A DNA stretch of 64,000 bases from Bosea sp. (in: a-proteobacteria) (GTDB taxonomy: Bacteria > Pseudomonadota > Alphaproteobacteria > Rhizobiales > Beijerinckiaceae), in contig NZ_JAKFED010000183.1 in NCBI RefSeq assembly GCF_036675845.1, positions 15,716 to 79,715 on the forward strand, read 5' to 3'. The translations under genes were made by a program, and so were the position numbers. The stretch's first letter is position 1; the number at the start of each line of letters is the position of its first letter. Below the pieces are notes generated by a model. The model saw only the letters and a program-made list of their open reading frames with translations, searched no databases and was not told where the DNA came from. Shown here piece by piece: positions 17,672 to 27,147 of the stretch.

Positions 17672-18422
17672 CCCTCCTCCCTGCATCCCTTTGGCCTCCA
17701 TCCTCTCGGCTCCATTCCTGGAAAGATCGTCGCTCACGGCTCCACTCCACACGCCACTCACACTCCCCGAGGCCACCGCGATGGCGCAGCAGCCTCAGAC
17801 TGAAAGCCGGGTCGCCCGGCGCCCCGGCCTCGCGCGGCCGCGACGGCAGCGCCCGCACCAGCCAGCGCGTTGCGGCCGCGCTCGGCGCCGGCGAAGCCGC
17901 CACCCGCAGGAGCAGGGTCATGACGCCGGAGGCCTCGGCCGCCAGCGCGAGGCGCCGGCTGGCGGTCAGGTCGAGCTGACGCGGCTCGCCCCAGGGCTCG
18001 ATCAGCGCCGCGCCGAGGGCGGAGCAGCGCGCCGCCTCGGCGCCGGCCCGCAGCACGCCCTCGGCGTCGCGGGCGCGCACCAGCAGCACCCGAGCCGGAT
18101 CGAGTCCGAGCTCGAGGAGGCCAGGCGGATGCAGCCGGCCGGCCTCGGCATCGAGGAAATCCTGCCGGGCCCAGAGCAGCGGCCCCGCCCCTGCCGCCCG
18201 CAGCGCCAGGGCTGCGGCAAAGCCGGTCGCGGCGGGAAGGTCGGCCCCGCCCGGCGCGTAAACCTCGTGCAGGGCGGCGCGGGCGATGCCACCGCCCAGC
18301 GGCTCGTCCAGCGCCGCCATGCCGAAGGCGACGCGCTCCACCGGCGCAAGCTCACGCGCGAGCCCCGCCAGGGCGAGGCTCTGCCGGAGACCGGCCAGGG
18401 TGCGGGAGGAGGTATCGGTCAT
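17577..18422 (-). CDS. imuA: RecA-like mutasome protein ImuA
   Basis: LDEPLGGGIARAALHEVY, LDLTASRRLALAAEASG and SAAATRWLV; first gene of the imuABC cassette. Confidence 0.92.
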   Translation of the reverse strand: MTDTSSRTLAGLRQSLALAGLARELAPVERVAFGMAALDEPLGGGIARAALHEVYAPGGADLPAATGFAAALALRAAGAGPLLWARQDFLDAEAGRLHPPGLLELGLDPARVLLVRARDAEGVLRAGAEAARCSALGAALIEPWGEPRQLDLTASRRLALAAEASGVMTLLLRVAASPAPSAAATRWLVRALPSRPREAGAPGDPAFSLRLLRHRGGLGECEWRVEWSRERRSFQEWSREDGGQRDAGRRDAAPLSRPLVPLSGDRPAAQAAGAIGWRRAG

Positions 18423-18431
18423 GGGTTTCGT

Positions 18432-18446
18432 GTTCACTATTTGTTC
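18432..18446. promoter_or_regulatory. Alphaproteobacterial LexA (SOS) box upstream of imuA
   Basis: GTTC-actattt-GTTC is an exact GTTC-N7-GTTC match, 9 nt from the imuA start codon. Confidence 0.9.
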
Positions 18447-18652
18447 ACATGCAAAACCACTCCCAAACCGCCCCCGAGTCAAGCCCGGATATGCGGCATG
18501 GTCCTTGCCCATGGGGCAAGGAAGCCAGCCATGAGCAGCCGCCTGCACGGCCGGCCTGTCGCCAAACGCCGCGGTTCTGTCATATCAAGGAAACGCCTAT
18601 CGGCTTGCTACGGCCACGCCTCGCCACCCGTCCGCCATCCCCAAGGACCGCC

Positions 18653-19651
18653 ATGAGCTCAGGACTGTTCGCGCTTCTCGACGACATCGCCGGCCTCGCC
18701 AAGGTCGCAGCCGCCGCGCTCGACGATGCCGCGACCCAGGCGACCAAGGCGGGGGCCAAGGCGGCCGGCATCGTCATCGACGATGCCGCGGTGACACCGC
18801 GCTACGCCGTCGGCTTCGCCGCCGAGCGCGAATTGCCGATCATCTGGAAGATCGCGCTGGGCTCGCTCAAGAACAAGCTGCTCTTCCTGCTGCCGGCGGC
18901 GCTGGTGCTGAGCTTCATCGCGCCCTGGGCGATCACGCCGCTGCTGATGGCGGGCGGCGCCTATCTCTGCTTCGAGGGTTTCGAGAAGGTCTACGAGCTC
19001 GTCGTCCCGCATGCCCATACCGACGAGCCGGCCGGCACGGGCACCACCGCCATCCTCGATGCCACGCAGCTCGAGCAGCAGAAGATCTCCGGCGCGATCA
19101 AGACCGACTTCATCCTCTCGGCCGAGATCATGGCGATCACGCTCGCGACCGTCACCACCTCCTCCTACTGGATGCAGGCGCTGGTGCTCGCCGTGGTCGG
19201 CCTCGGCATGACCATGCTGGTCTATGGCGCCGTCGCCCTGATCGTGAAGGCCGACGATGCCGGCGCCGCGCTCGCGCGGAAGGGCCGGCCCTTCATCGCG
19301 CCCATCGGCCGCGGCCTCGTCCTCGGCATGCCGCATTTCCTCAAGGCCCTGAGCGCGGTGGGCACGGCGGCGATGCTCTGGGTCGGCGGCGGCATCATCA
19401 TCCACGGCCTCGCCGGCTACGGCCTGACCGGCATCGAGCATGCCATTCACGGCGTCGCGGTGGCTGTCGGGCAGGTCCTGCCGACGCTCTCCAGCCTGCT
19501 CGAATGGCTCACCACCGCCGGCGCCTCGGCGGTGTTCGGGCTCATCGTCGGCGGGCTCTGCCTGGTCGGCATGCATTTCATCGTCGAGCCGCTGCTGAAA
19601 GCCTGGCGGAGAACGAAAGCGCCAGGCGTTCCGGAAAGGCAGGGCCACTAG
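18653..19651 (+). CDS. DUF808 (YedI-like) inner membrane protein
   Basis: MSSGLFALLDDIA, IDDAAVTPRY, RELPIIWKIALGSLKNK and TDFILSAEIMAI. Confidence 0.92.
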   Translation: MSSGLFALLDDIAGLAKVAAAALDDAATQATKAGAKAAGIVIDDAAVTPRYAVGFAAERELPIIWKIALGSLKNKLLFLLPAALVLSFIAPWAITPLLMAGGAYLCFEGFEKVYELVVPHAHTDEPAGTGTTAILDATQLEQQKISGAIKTDFILSAEIMAITLATVTTSSYWMQALVLAVVGLGMTMLVYGAVALIVKADDAGAALARKGRPFIAPIGRGLVLGMPHFLKALSAVGTAAMLWVGGGIIIHGLAGYGLTGIEHAIHGVAVAVGQVLPTLSSLLEWLTTAGASAVFGLIVGGLCLVGMHFIVEPLLKAWRRTKAPGVPERQGH

Positions 19652-19685
19652 GCGTTTGCGCCCGCCCCTGCTCTGCCGAAATCTG

Positions 19686-19814
19686 CTAGAACCGGATGCT
19701 TTCAGACGGAATCGCGAAGCGCTTCCGTCTGAAAGCTGAATCCGTCTCTCATCGAGGAGTTAGAGCAGGATGATCGCGAAAAACCGGTTTCCACTTTTTC
19801 GCATCCTGCTCTAG
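19686..19814. repeat. CTAG-bounded two-hairpin mosaic repeat (RIME-like)
   Basis: Starts and ends with CTAG. The right module resembles family A; the left module resembles the module at 46023-46075. Confidence 0.8.
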
Positions 19815-19856
19815 CGCAGCGCCGACGGCTCGCTTCCCGGGCCGGCGGATCTCCCG

Positions 19857-20795
19857 ATGCTGCAATTCCTCGCCACCAGCACGCCCTTCTTCGCCGTCAT
19901 CGGGCTCGGCGCGCTTTCCGCCTGGCGCGGCCTGTTCGGCAGCGAGGCGGTCAGGGTGCTCAACACCTACGCCTTCATGGTGGCGACGCCGGCCATGGTG
20001 CTCAGGGTGATGTCGCGCCAGCCGATCGCCGAGCTCTGGAACAGCCTGTTCTTCGCGGCGCTGGCGCTGATCGGCATCGTGGTGATGGGTTGCGGCATCC
20101 TGCTGGCGCGCCGCCTCTTCGGCATGCCTTTCCCCAATGCGGTTTCGCGCGGGCAGAGCCTGGTCGGCGGCAATTTCGCCTTCCTCGGCATTCCGCTGAT
20201 GCTGGCCTTCCTCGGCGACAGTTCAGCAGCGCCGATCGCAATCGGGCTGATCTGCGACACGGCGCTGGTGGTGCCCCTCGCGATCGGGCTGATCGAGGCC
20301 GGGCGCGGCAAGGGCTCGCTTTGGCGCATCGCCTTCAGGCTGGTGCGCGGCACCATCGTCAACCCGTTCATGCTCTCGATCATGGGCGGCGTCGCGCTTT
20401 CGCTCAGCGGGCTCGCCATTCCCGAGCCGATCGACCGCTTCCTCGTCTTCCTCGGCGCCTCGGCGGCACCGGTCGGCATCTTCGTGCTCGGGGTCGCCGC
20501 CTGGCAATGGAGCGGGGAAGGCAGGCTGCCGCTGCGGGGCGTGCTGCCGCTCGTCTTCGGCAAGCTCGTGCTGCATCCGCTGCTGACCTGGTTCGTGCTC
20601 GCGATCGTGCTCAGGCTCGACCCGTTCTGGGTGCAGGCGGGCGTGCTCTATGCGGCGCTGCCGATCGCTGCCAACGTCTTCGTGATCTCGGAGCGCTTCG
20701 ACACCGACAGCCGGCCGCTGGCGGCAGCCATCGTGATCTCCACCGCCGCCGCGGCGCTGACCTTCCCGTTCGCGATCTGGCTGGTCTCGGGCTGA
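19857..20795 (+). CDS. AEC (auxin efflux carrier) family transporter
   Basis: 312 aa, about 10 TM segments; GNFAFLGIPL and AALPIAANVFVISERF. Confidence 0.9.
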   Translation: MLQFLATSTPFFAVIGLGALSAWRGLFGSEAVRVLNTYAFMVATPAMVLRVMSRQPIAELWNSLFFAALALIGIVVMGCGILLARRLFGMPFPNAVSRGQSLVGGNFAFLGIPLMLAFLGDSSAAPIAIGLICDTALVVPLAIGLIEAGRGKGSLWRIAFRLVRGTIVNPFMLSIMGGVALSLSGLAIPEPIDRFLVFLGASAAPVGIFVLGVAAWQWSGEGRLPLRGVLPLVFGKLVLHPLLTWFVLAIVLRLDPFWVQAGVLYAALPIAANVFVISERFDTDSRPLAAAIVISTAAAALTFPFAIWLVSG

Positions 20796-20852
20796 GCCGA
20801 CGGCCCGACCGACACTTCGCCCTTCCATGGCCCGCAACCCCAGAGACACCGC

Positions 20853-21950
20853 ATGACAAGCCAGCTCTTCCGCCCGCTCGCGCTCGGCGGGCTCCAGCTC
20901 CCGAACCGCATCGTCATCGCGCCGATGTGCCAGTATTCCGCCGACGAGGGCTCGGCCACCGACTGGCACCTGATCCATCTCGGCAACCTCTCCCTCTCCG
21001 GCGCCGGCCTGCTGATCATCGAGGCGACCGCGGTGGAGCCGGAAGGTCGGATCAGCCCCGACGATCTCGGCCTGTGGAACGACGCGAACGAAGCGGCGCT
21101 GGGACGCGTGCTCGACGCCGTCCGGCGCCATTCCGACATGCCGATCGGCATCCAGCTCGGCCATGCCGGCCGCAAGGCCTCCGTCCACTCACCCTGGAAC
21201 GGCAGCCGGCAGAGGCCGCTCGACGATCGCGGCTGGCAGACTGTCGCGCCCTCGGGCCTGCCGATGAACCCGCAGGACCGGCCGCCCCAGGCCCTCGATG
21301 CGGCGGCGCTGAAACGCGTGCGCGAAGCCTTCGCCGCCACGGCGCGGCGCGCGGTGCGCCTCGGCCTGCAGGCGATCGAGATCCATTGCGCCCATGGCTA
21401 TCTGCTGCACCAGTTCCTGTCGCCGCTGTCGAACCAGCGCGACGACGCCTATGGCGGCGCACTGGAGAACCGGCTGCGCTTTCCGCTCGAGGTCTATGAG
21501 GCGGTGCGCGAGGCGGTGCCGGCCGAAATCCCGGTCGGCGTGCGCGTCTCGGGCACGGACTGGGTCGAGGGCGGCTGGGAGATCACGCAGACCATCGCGT
21601 TCGCAGAGGCGCTGAAGGCGCGCGGTGCGAGCTTCATCCACGTCTCCAGCGGCGGTGTCTCGACCGAGCAGAAGATCCCGCTCGGGCCGGGCTATCAGGT
21701 TCCGCTGGCGCGGGCGGTGAAGGCGGCGACGGACCTGCCGACCATCGCGGTCGGGCTGATCACCGAATATGAGCATGCCGAGGCGATCGTCGCCGGCGGC
21801 GAGGCCGACATGGTCGGGCTGGCGCGCGGCATGCTCTACGATCCGCGCTGGCCCTGGCATGCGGCGGCGCATCTCGGCGCCAGCGTCAGGGCGCCGAAGC
21901 AGTATCTGCGCTCGCAGCCGCCGCGGTTGAAGGAGCTGTTCGGGAGCTGA
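20853..21950 (+). CDS. NADH:flavin oxidoreductase (Old Yellow Enzyme, NamA/YqjM-like)
   Basis: NRIVIAPMCQYSA, QLGHAGRKAS and EIHCAHGYLLHQFLSPLSNQRDDAYGG. Confidence 0.95.
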   Translation: MTSQLFRPLALGGLQLPNRIVIAPMCQYSADEGSATDWHLIHLGNLSLSGAGLLIIEATAVEPEGRISPDDLGLWNDANEAALGRVLDAVRRHSDMPIGIQLGHAGRKASVHSPWNGSRQRPLDDRGWQTVAPSGLPMNPQDRPPQALDAAALKRVREAFAATARRAVRLGLQAIEIHCAHGYLLHQFLSPLSNQRDDAYGGALENRLRFPLEVYEAVREAVPAEIPVGVRVSGTDWVEGGWEITQTIAFAEALKARGASFIHVSSGGVSTEQKIPLGPGYQVPLARAVKAATDLPTIAVGLITEYEHAEAIVAGGEADMVGLARGMLYDPRWPWHAAAHLGASVRAPKQYLRSQPPRLKELFGS

Positions 21951-21964
21951 CGCGGTAGAGCCGC

Positions 21965-22180
21965 GCCGTCTTTCCGGGGATTCGCGCAAGCGAAGAGCCT
22001 GGAACCCATAAACACGACATATTTGGCAAGAGCGTCATTGCGAGCGAAGCGAAGCAATCCAGGAGGGCTCGCTCGAAGACCCCTGGATTGCTTCGTCGGC
22101 TGACGCCTCCTCGCAATGACGGGAACCGTCGTGTTCATGGGTTCCGGGCTCAGCCCTGCGGGCTGCCCCGGAAAGACGGC
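21965..22180. repeat. Nested palindromic repeat (one REP-like element inside another)
   Basis: Outer arms gccgtctttccgggg...ccccggaaagacggc and gagcctggaacccataaacacgac...gtcgtgttcatgggttccgggctc. Inner element 22033-22121 is cgtcattgcgag..gaagcaatccagg..cctggattgcttc..ctcgcaatgacg. Confidence 0.85.
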
Positions 22181-22208
22181 GTAAACCCGCGCATGGTCGA
22201 AGCGAACC

Positions 22209-22517
22209 TCAATCGCCCGGCTGGGCTCCGTCATAGCCGCCGATGATGACGAGATCGACCGGCCCGACCTTGGCGAGGTGCTGCACCGCCGCCTGGTATT
22301 CCGGTGAATCATAGCAGGCGCGCGCCGTCGCCTCGTCCTTGAACTCGACGACGACATTGTGCTTGCGGCCCTCGCCGCGGGCGAGCTTGTACTCGCCGCC
22401 GCGGACAATGAACTTGCCGCCATATTTGGCGAAGGCGATGGCGTTGAGCGAACGATAGGTGGCGTATTCCGCCTCGTTCTGGACGTCGACGCGGGCGACC
22501 CAATAGCCTTTCGCCAT
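22209..22517 (-). CDS. DUF1330 family protein
   Basis: MAKGYWVARVDV..YGGKFIVRGG..VVVEFKD..ARACYDSPEYQAA. Confidence 0.9.
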   Translation of the reverse strand: MAKGYWVARVDVQNEAEYATYRSLNAIAFAKYGGKFIVRGGEYKLARGEGRKHNVVVEFKDEATARACYDSPEYQAAVQHLAKVGPVDLVIIGGYDGAQPGD

Positions 22518-22519
22518 GG

Positions 22520-22807
22520 TCAGACCCCCTCGACCACGACGATGTCGATCTCGCCGGCGCCCTCGCGCAGCTTGCGCGCCTCGGCATATTCCGGCGACAT
22601 CACATAGGCCCTGGCCGCGGCGAAATCGGCGAACTCGATGACGATGTTGCGGGCCCGCCCCTCGCCTTCCCCGACCGTCATCTGACCGCCGCGCACGATC
22701 GGCGTGCCGCCATACTGGCGGATCGCCTCGGAGGCCTTGGCGGCATAGGCCGCCCATTGCGTGGCGTTGCTGACCTTGGCGCGCGCGATCACATATCCCT
22801 TGGGCAT
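22520..22807 (-). CDS. DUF1330 family protein
   Basis: MPKGYVIARAKV..YGGTPIVRGG..VIEFADFAAARAYVMSPEYAEARKLR. Confidence 0.9.
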   Translation of the reverse strand: MPKGYVIARAKVSNATQWAAYAAKASEAIRQYGGTPIVRGGQMTVGEGEGRARNIVIEFADFAAARAYVMSPEYAEARKLREGAGEIDIVVVEGV

Positions 22808-22948
22808 TGCCGCTTCCGTTCCTGCGTGAGTGAACCCGAAGACTAGCGCGCTTTGCGCCGGCGCGGTATCGGCCCGGCGCAAAGAACCCGTGCAAAATCA
22901 AAAGCCGGATATGCAGCCGATCGCAGACCGGCCCGGCATGCGGCTGCC

Positions 22949-23656
22949 TCAGGCGGCGCCGGCGATCTCGTCCATGATCGCGGCCGCTGCGGCGCGCGGG
23001 TCGGCGGCACGGATGACCGGACGCCCGATCACCAGATGGTCGGCACCAGCGGCGATCGCCTCGCCCGGCGTCAGCGTGCGCTTCTGGTCGCCGGCCGCGC
23101 TGCCGGCCGGGCGGATGCCGGGGGTGACGATGACCATGTCGGGGCCGATGACGCCGCGCACGATCTCGGTCTCGGCGGCCGAGCAGACGATGCCGTCGAC
23201 ACCGGCGATGCGGGCCTGCTGGGCGCGCATGCGCACGAGATCGCGCACCGCCAGCCCGTAGCCGGCATCCTTGAGGTCGCCGTCGTCATAGGAGGTCAGC
23301 GCCGTGACCGCGAGCAGCTTCAGCGCCGCCTCGCCGCGGCCCTCGACCGCGCCGCGCATGGTCTGCGGATAGGCGTGCACGGTGAGGAAGGTGACGCCGA
23401 GCTTGGTCAGCGATTCGACGCCCTCGGTGACGGTGTTGCCGATATCGTGCAGCTTGAGGTCGAGGAAGACCTTCTTGCCCTCGCCGACGAGCTGGCGGGC
23501 AAGGTCGAGCCCGCCGGCGAAGGCGAGCCGGTAGCCGATCTTGTAGAAGCTCGCCTCGTCGCCCAGCGTCGAGACGATGCGATAGGCGTCCCAGATCGTC
23601 GGCACGTCGAGCGCGACGATCATGCGGTCCCGGAGGTCGTTGATTTTCTGCGCCAT
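22949..23656 (-). CDS. pyrF: Orotidine-5'-phosphate decarboxylase
   Basis: [26 protein letters not shown] and LVIGRPV. Confidence 0.97.
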   Translation of the reverse strand: MAQKINDLRDRMIVALDVPTIWDAYRIVSTLGDEASFYKIGYRLAFAGGLDLARQLVGEGKKVFLDLKLHDIGNTVTEGVESLTKLGVTFLTVHAYPQTMRGAVEGRGEAALKLLAVTALTSYDDGDLKDAGYGLAVRDLVRMRAQQARIAGVDGIVCSAAETEIVRGVIGPDMVIVTPGIRPAGSAAGDQKRTLTPGEAIAAGADHLVIGRPVIRAADPRAAAAAIMDEIAGAA

Positions 23657-23830
23657 GATCTGCCTCCTCGCTGCCCGGCGGCGAAGGGACATGATTCGAC
23701 GGCGGACGCAAGGTCGAGCTGCCTTCCGTAAGGGCATGCGATGCGCTATCTTGACCGCAGCAGGGGTGGATCAGCCCCGCTTCCATGCCTTCGCCATCAG
23801 CCCCCGGGGCGCCTGTAGCGAGGAGCCGTC

Positions 23831-24199
23831 ATGCCGATCCATGTCCGGTTCAGCAGCCCGATCAGCGACAGTTGCGAAGCAGTGAGCGCGCAACTGGCCC
23901 ATTCCCGCCCCACGGTCGCCCCCGGCGGTATCGCCACCCAGGCCCAGCCCGAGGATGTCACCTTCACCAAGGAGCATGATTTCCTGTCGGCGAAGCTGAT
24001 GATGCACGCAAACGACGGGACCCAGTTCGAGACCGTCACGATCGAATATCGCAAACAGGGCAGCCCCACGCCCTACCTGATCTACAAGCTCTCGAAGACG
24101 ATCATCACGGGGTACAGCTTCACTTCCCCCGGCGGCTCGCCTCCATACGAGACGATCGGCCTCAACGCCGCGAGCGTCAGCTGGCGGCTCTTCAGCTGA
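23831..24199 (+). CDS. Short, divergent Hcp (T6SS/phage tail tube)-like protein
   Basis: DVTFTKEHDFLSAKLM..GTQFETVTIEYRKQG..YLIYKL..IITGYS..PYETIGLN..VSW follows the Hcp pattern; GAGGAG RBS. Confidence 0.75.
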   Translation: MPIHVRFSSPISDSCEAVSAQLAHSRPTVAPGGIATQAQPEDVTFTKEHDFLSAKLMMHANDGTQFETVTIEYRKQGSPTPYLIYKLSKTIITGYSFTSPGGSPPYETIGLNAASVSWRLFS

Positions 24200-24222
24200 C
24201 CGCGAAGGCTCGGGCCTGGCCG

Positions 24223-24870
24223 CTAGGACGCCGTGCCGTTCAGCGCCTGCGCGAAGACTTTCGTCCAGACATCGGGCGTCTGCGCGCCGGACACCGCGAG
24301 CTTGCCGTCGACGATGAAGAAGGGCACGCCGGTGACACCGACCTTCTGGGCATGCGCTTCCAGGCCGATCACGGTTTCGCGCAATTCGTCATTGGCGAGT
24401 TCCTCGCGGGCGGCCTGCTCGTCGAAGCCTTCCTCTCCCGCGATCGCGACCAGGGTGTCGAGATCGCCGATGTCGCGGCCATCCTGCCAATAGGCCTTGA
24501 ACAGCGCCGCCTTCATCTCGCTGCCGCGCTGCACGGTCGCGGCAGCGGCGACCAGCATATGGGCCAGGCGGGTGTTGACGCTCTTCTTCACCCCGGCCCA
24601 GTTGAAGGTGACGCCGCTCTCCAGCGCCGCCTCGGACAGGCGCAGCTCGATCTCCTTGCGCTTGCCGGGGCCGAACTTGGCGTCGAGATAGGCGGTGCGA
24701 TCCATGCCTTCTTCCGGCATCTCCGGATTGAGCTCATAGGGCAGCCAGGTGATGGCGACGCGCTCGGTCAGGCCGAGATTGGCCAGCGCCGTCTCCAGCC
24801 GCGCCTTGCCGATGAAGCACCAGGGGCAGGCGAGATCGGAGACGATCGCGATCGGCAGCTTGTCTTGCAT
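24223..24870 (-). CDS. DsbA family oxidoreductase (FrnE-like)
   Basis: SDLACPWCFIGK, PYELNP and GVTGVPFFIV. Confidence 0.93.
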   Translation of the reverse strand: MQDKLPIAIVSDLACPWCFIGKARLETALANLGLTERVAITWLPYELNPEMPEEGMDRTAYLDAKFGPGKRKEIELRLSEAALESGVTFNWAGVKKSVNTRLAHMLVAAAATVQRGSEMKAALFKAYWQDGRDIGDLDTLVAIAGEEGFDEQAAREELANDELRETVIGLEAHAQKVGVTGVPFFIVDGKLAVSGAQTPDVWTKVFAQALNGTAS

Positions 24871-24903
24871 GGCTTCTTCCTTGGCGCGCGCCGCAGCGGG
24901 CTT

Positions 24904-25971
24904 TCAAGCCGGCGGATAGGCGTGGAGGTCGCCATGGCGATCCTCCGCGAAGCCCTGCGCGCCGGGCGTCTCGCAGCCCGAGAGAAAGGCGGGGCCGACC
25001 GGTATCTTGCCGGCCCCGCCGGGGATGTCGAGGATATAGGTCGGCTGGCACAGCCCGGAAAGTGTTCCGCGCAGGCTTTTGACCAGCGCCTGGCCCTCCG
25101 CCAGCGAGAGCCGGAAATGGCTGGTGCCCGGCGCAAGATCGGGGTGGTGCAGGTAATAGGGCTTGACCCGGTTCTCGACGAAGGCGCGCATCAGCGCCGA
25201 CAGCGTCGCGAGATCGGCATTGACGCCCTTGAGCAGCACGCTCTGGCTGACCAGGACATGACCGGCGTCGGCGAGGCGGGCGAGCGCCTCGCGCGCCGCC
25301 GGGGTGAACTCGCGCGGATGGTTGGCGTGGACGGCGACATAGCTCGCCTTGCCGGGGACGCGCAGCGCCCTCGCATAGTCCTGCGTGACCCGCTCGGGCT
25401 GCACCATCGGCACGCGCGTATGCCAGCGCGCGACCTTGATATGCGGGATCGCAGCGAGCCGCCTGCCGACCTCGCGCAGGCGCCGGCCCGAGAGGATCAG
25501 CGGGTCGCCGCCGGTCATGATCACTTCCCAGATCTCCGGCCGGGCGGCGAGATAGGCGAGCGCCGCGTCGAGCTTCGCCCCGGTCAGCGCATCGCCGCCA
25601 GGGCCGACCATCTCGCGGCGGAAGCAGAAGCGGCAATAGACCGGGCAGGCATGGACGAGCTTGAGCAAGGCGCGGTCGGGATAGCGGTGGACCACGCCCT
25701 CGACCGGCGAATGCGCCGCGTCGCCGATCGGGTCGGCCAGTTCCTCCGGCAAGGTCTCAAGCTCGGCAGCGTCCGGCACGAACTGGCGCGCGATCGGATC
25801 GGCAGCGTCGGTGGGGTCGATCAGTTCCGCGATCGCCGGCGTCACCGAGACGGCGTAGCGCGCGGCGACGGCCTGCAGCGCCTCGCGCCGCTCCGGCGCG
25901 ACGAGGCCGCGCTCGATCAGCGCCTCGATATTGCGCAAGGGCTGGCCGCCGGGGGGCTGGTGGATCGTCAT
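24904..25971 (-). CDS. epmB: Lysine 2,3-aminomutase family radical SAM protein (EF-P beta-lysylation)
   Basis: VHRYPDRALL, CPVYCRFCFRR and TGGDPLIL; coupled to epmA (ATGA overlap) and next to efp. Confidence 0.9.
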   Translation of the reverse strand: MTIHQPPGGQPLRNIEALIERGLVAPERREALQAVAARYAVSVTPAIAELIDPTDAADPIARQFVPDAAELETLPEELADPIGDAAHSPVEGVVHRYPDRALLKLVHACPVYCRFCFRREMVGPGGDALTGAKLDAALAYLAARPEIWEVIMTGGDPLILSGRRLREVGRRLAAIPHIKVARWHTRVPMVQPERVTQDYARALRVPGKASYVAVHANHPREFTPAAREALARLADAGHVLVSQSVLLKGVNADLATLSALMRAFVENRVKPYYLHHPDLAPGTSHFRLSLAEGQALVKSLRGTLSGLCQPTYILDIPGGAGKIPVGPAFLSGCETPGAQGFAEDRHGDLHAYPPA

Positions 25972-27032
25972 GCCTCTCCCCTGCCCGGTCGGGCCACCGG
26001 CGTCCAGAGCACATCCTCGATCCGGCGCGCATCCGTGCAGAGCATCACCAGCCGGTCGAAGCCGAGCGCGACGCCGGAAGCTTGCGGCATCGCGCCGAGC
26101 GCGGCGAGGAAATCCTCGTCGATCGGATAGCGCTCGCCATAGATGCGCTGCTTCTCGTCCATGTCCGCCTCGAAACGCCGGCGCTGCTCGTCCGGATCGG
26201 TCAGCTCTCCGAAGGCATTGGCAAGCTCGACGCCGCAGGCAAAAAGCTCGAAGCGCTCTGCGACGCGCGGATCGCCCGGCTTCGGCCGCGCCAATGCCGC
26301 CTCCGAGATCGGATATTCGCACAGGATGGTGGCGCGGCCGCGGCCGAGATGCGGCTCGATCTTCTCGGCGAGGACGCGGCTGAAGATGTCGGACCAGCTG
26401 TCGTCGCCGGCCAGGCGGATGCCTGCCTCCGTCGCCTGCACTGCCAACGCCTCGCGGTCGGCCGCGCCATCGGCCGCGAGCGTCGCCAGCAGGTCGATGC
26501 CGGCATGGCGGTCGAAGGCCTCGGCCAGCGTCAGCCGCTCAGGCTCGGCCAGGGGATCGACCTCGACGCCGCGCCAGCGCAGGCTGGTCGCGCCGGCCGC
26601 CTGGGCCGCTTCCGCGAGCAAGGCGGCGCAATCGGCCATCAGCGCCTCGTAGGGCTCGCCCACTCGATACCATTCCAGCATGGTGAACTCGGGATGGTGC
26701 AGCGCCGTGCGTTCGCGATTGCGGAAGACGCGGGCGAAATCGAAGATGCGCCGCTCGCCGGCAGCCAGCAGCTTCTTGGCGGCGAATTCCGGCGAGGTGT
26801 GCAGGTAATAGGGATGGCCGGCGCCGGCATCGTCGATCAGCGTCGTCGCAAAGCCGTGCAGATGCGTCTCGTTGCCGGGCGAGTGCTGCAGGATCGCCGC
26901 CTCGACCTCGACGAAGTCGCGCGCCTCGAACCAGCGCCGCAGCGCCGCCTTGACCCGGCCGCGCGCCATGAGCGCGGGGCGCCGGTCGGCATGGATGCCC
27001 GGCCGCCAGAAGGGCGGGTGGTTTTCGTTCAT
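25968..27032 (-). CDS. epmA: EF-P lysine aminoacylase (GenX/PoxA)
   Basis: LHTSPEFAAKKLL, FRNRE..HHPEFTMLEWY, ERFELFACGVELANAFGEL and GVALGFDRL. Confidence 0.95.
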   Translation of the reverse strand: MNENHPPFWRPGIHADRRPALMARGRVKAALRRWFEARDFVEVEAAILQHSPGNETHLHGFATTLIDDAGAGHPYYLHTSPEFAAKKLLAAGERRIFDFARVFRNRERTALHHPEFTMLEWYRVGEPYEALMADCAALLAEAAQAAGATSLRWRGVEVDPLAEPERLTLAEAFDRHAGIDLLATLAADGAADREALAVQATEAGIRLAGDDSWSDIFSRVLAEKIEPHLGRGRATILCEYPISEAALARPKPGDPRVAERFELFACGVELANAFGELTDPDEQRRRFEADMDEKQRIYGERYPIDEDFLAALGAMPQASGVALGFDRLVMLCTDARRIEDVLWTPVARPGRGEA

Positions 27033-27147
27033 GGATCCTCTGGCAAAACCGTCAGCCAGCTTCCGTTTTGCGCGCAAATGCGGTAGTTGCGCGGCGACGA
27101 AACCGGCATAGCGCGCCCCTCCGCCGCGCACCAGCAAGGAAGTTCAC

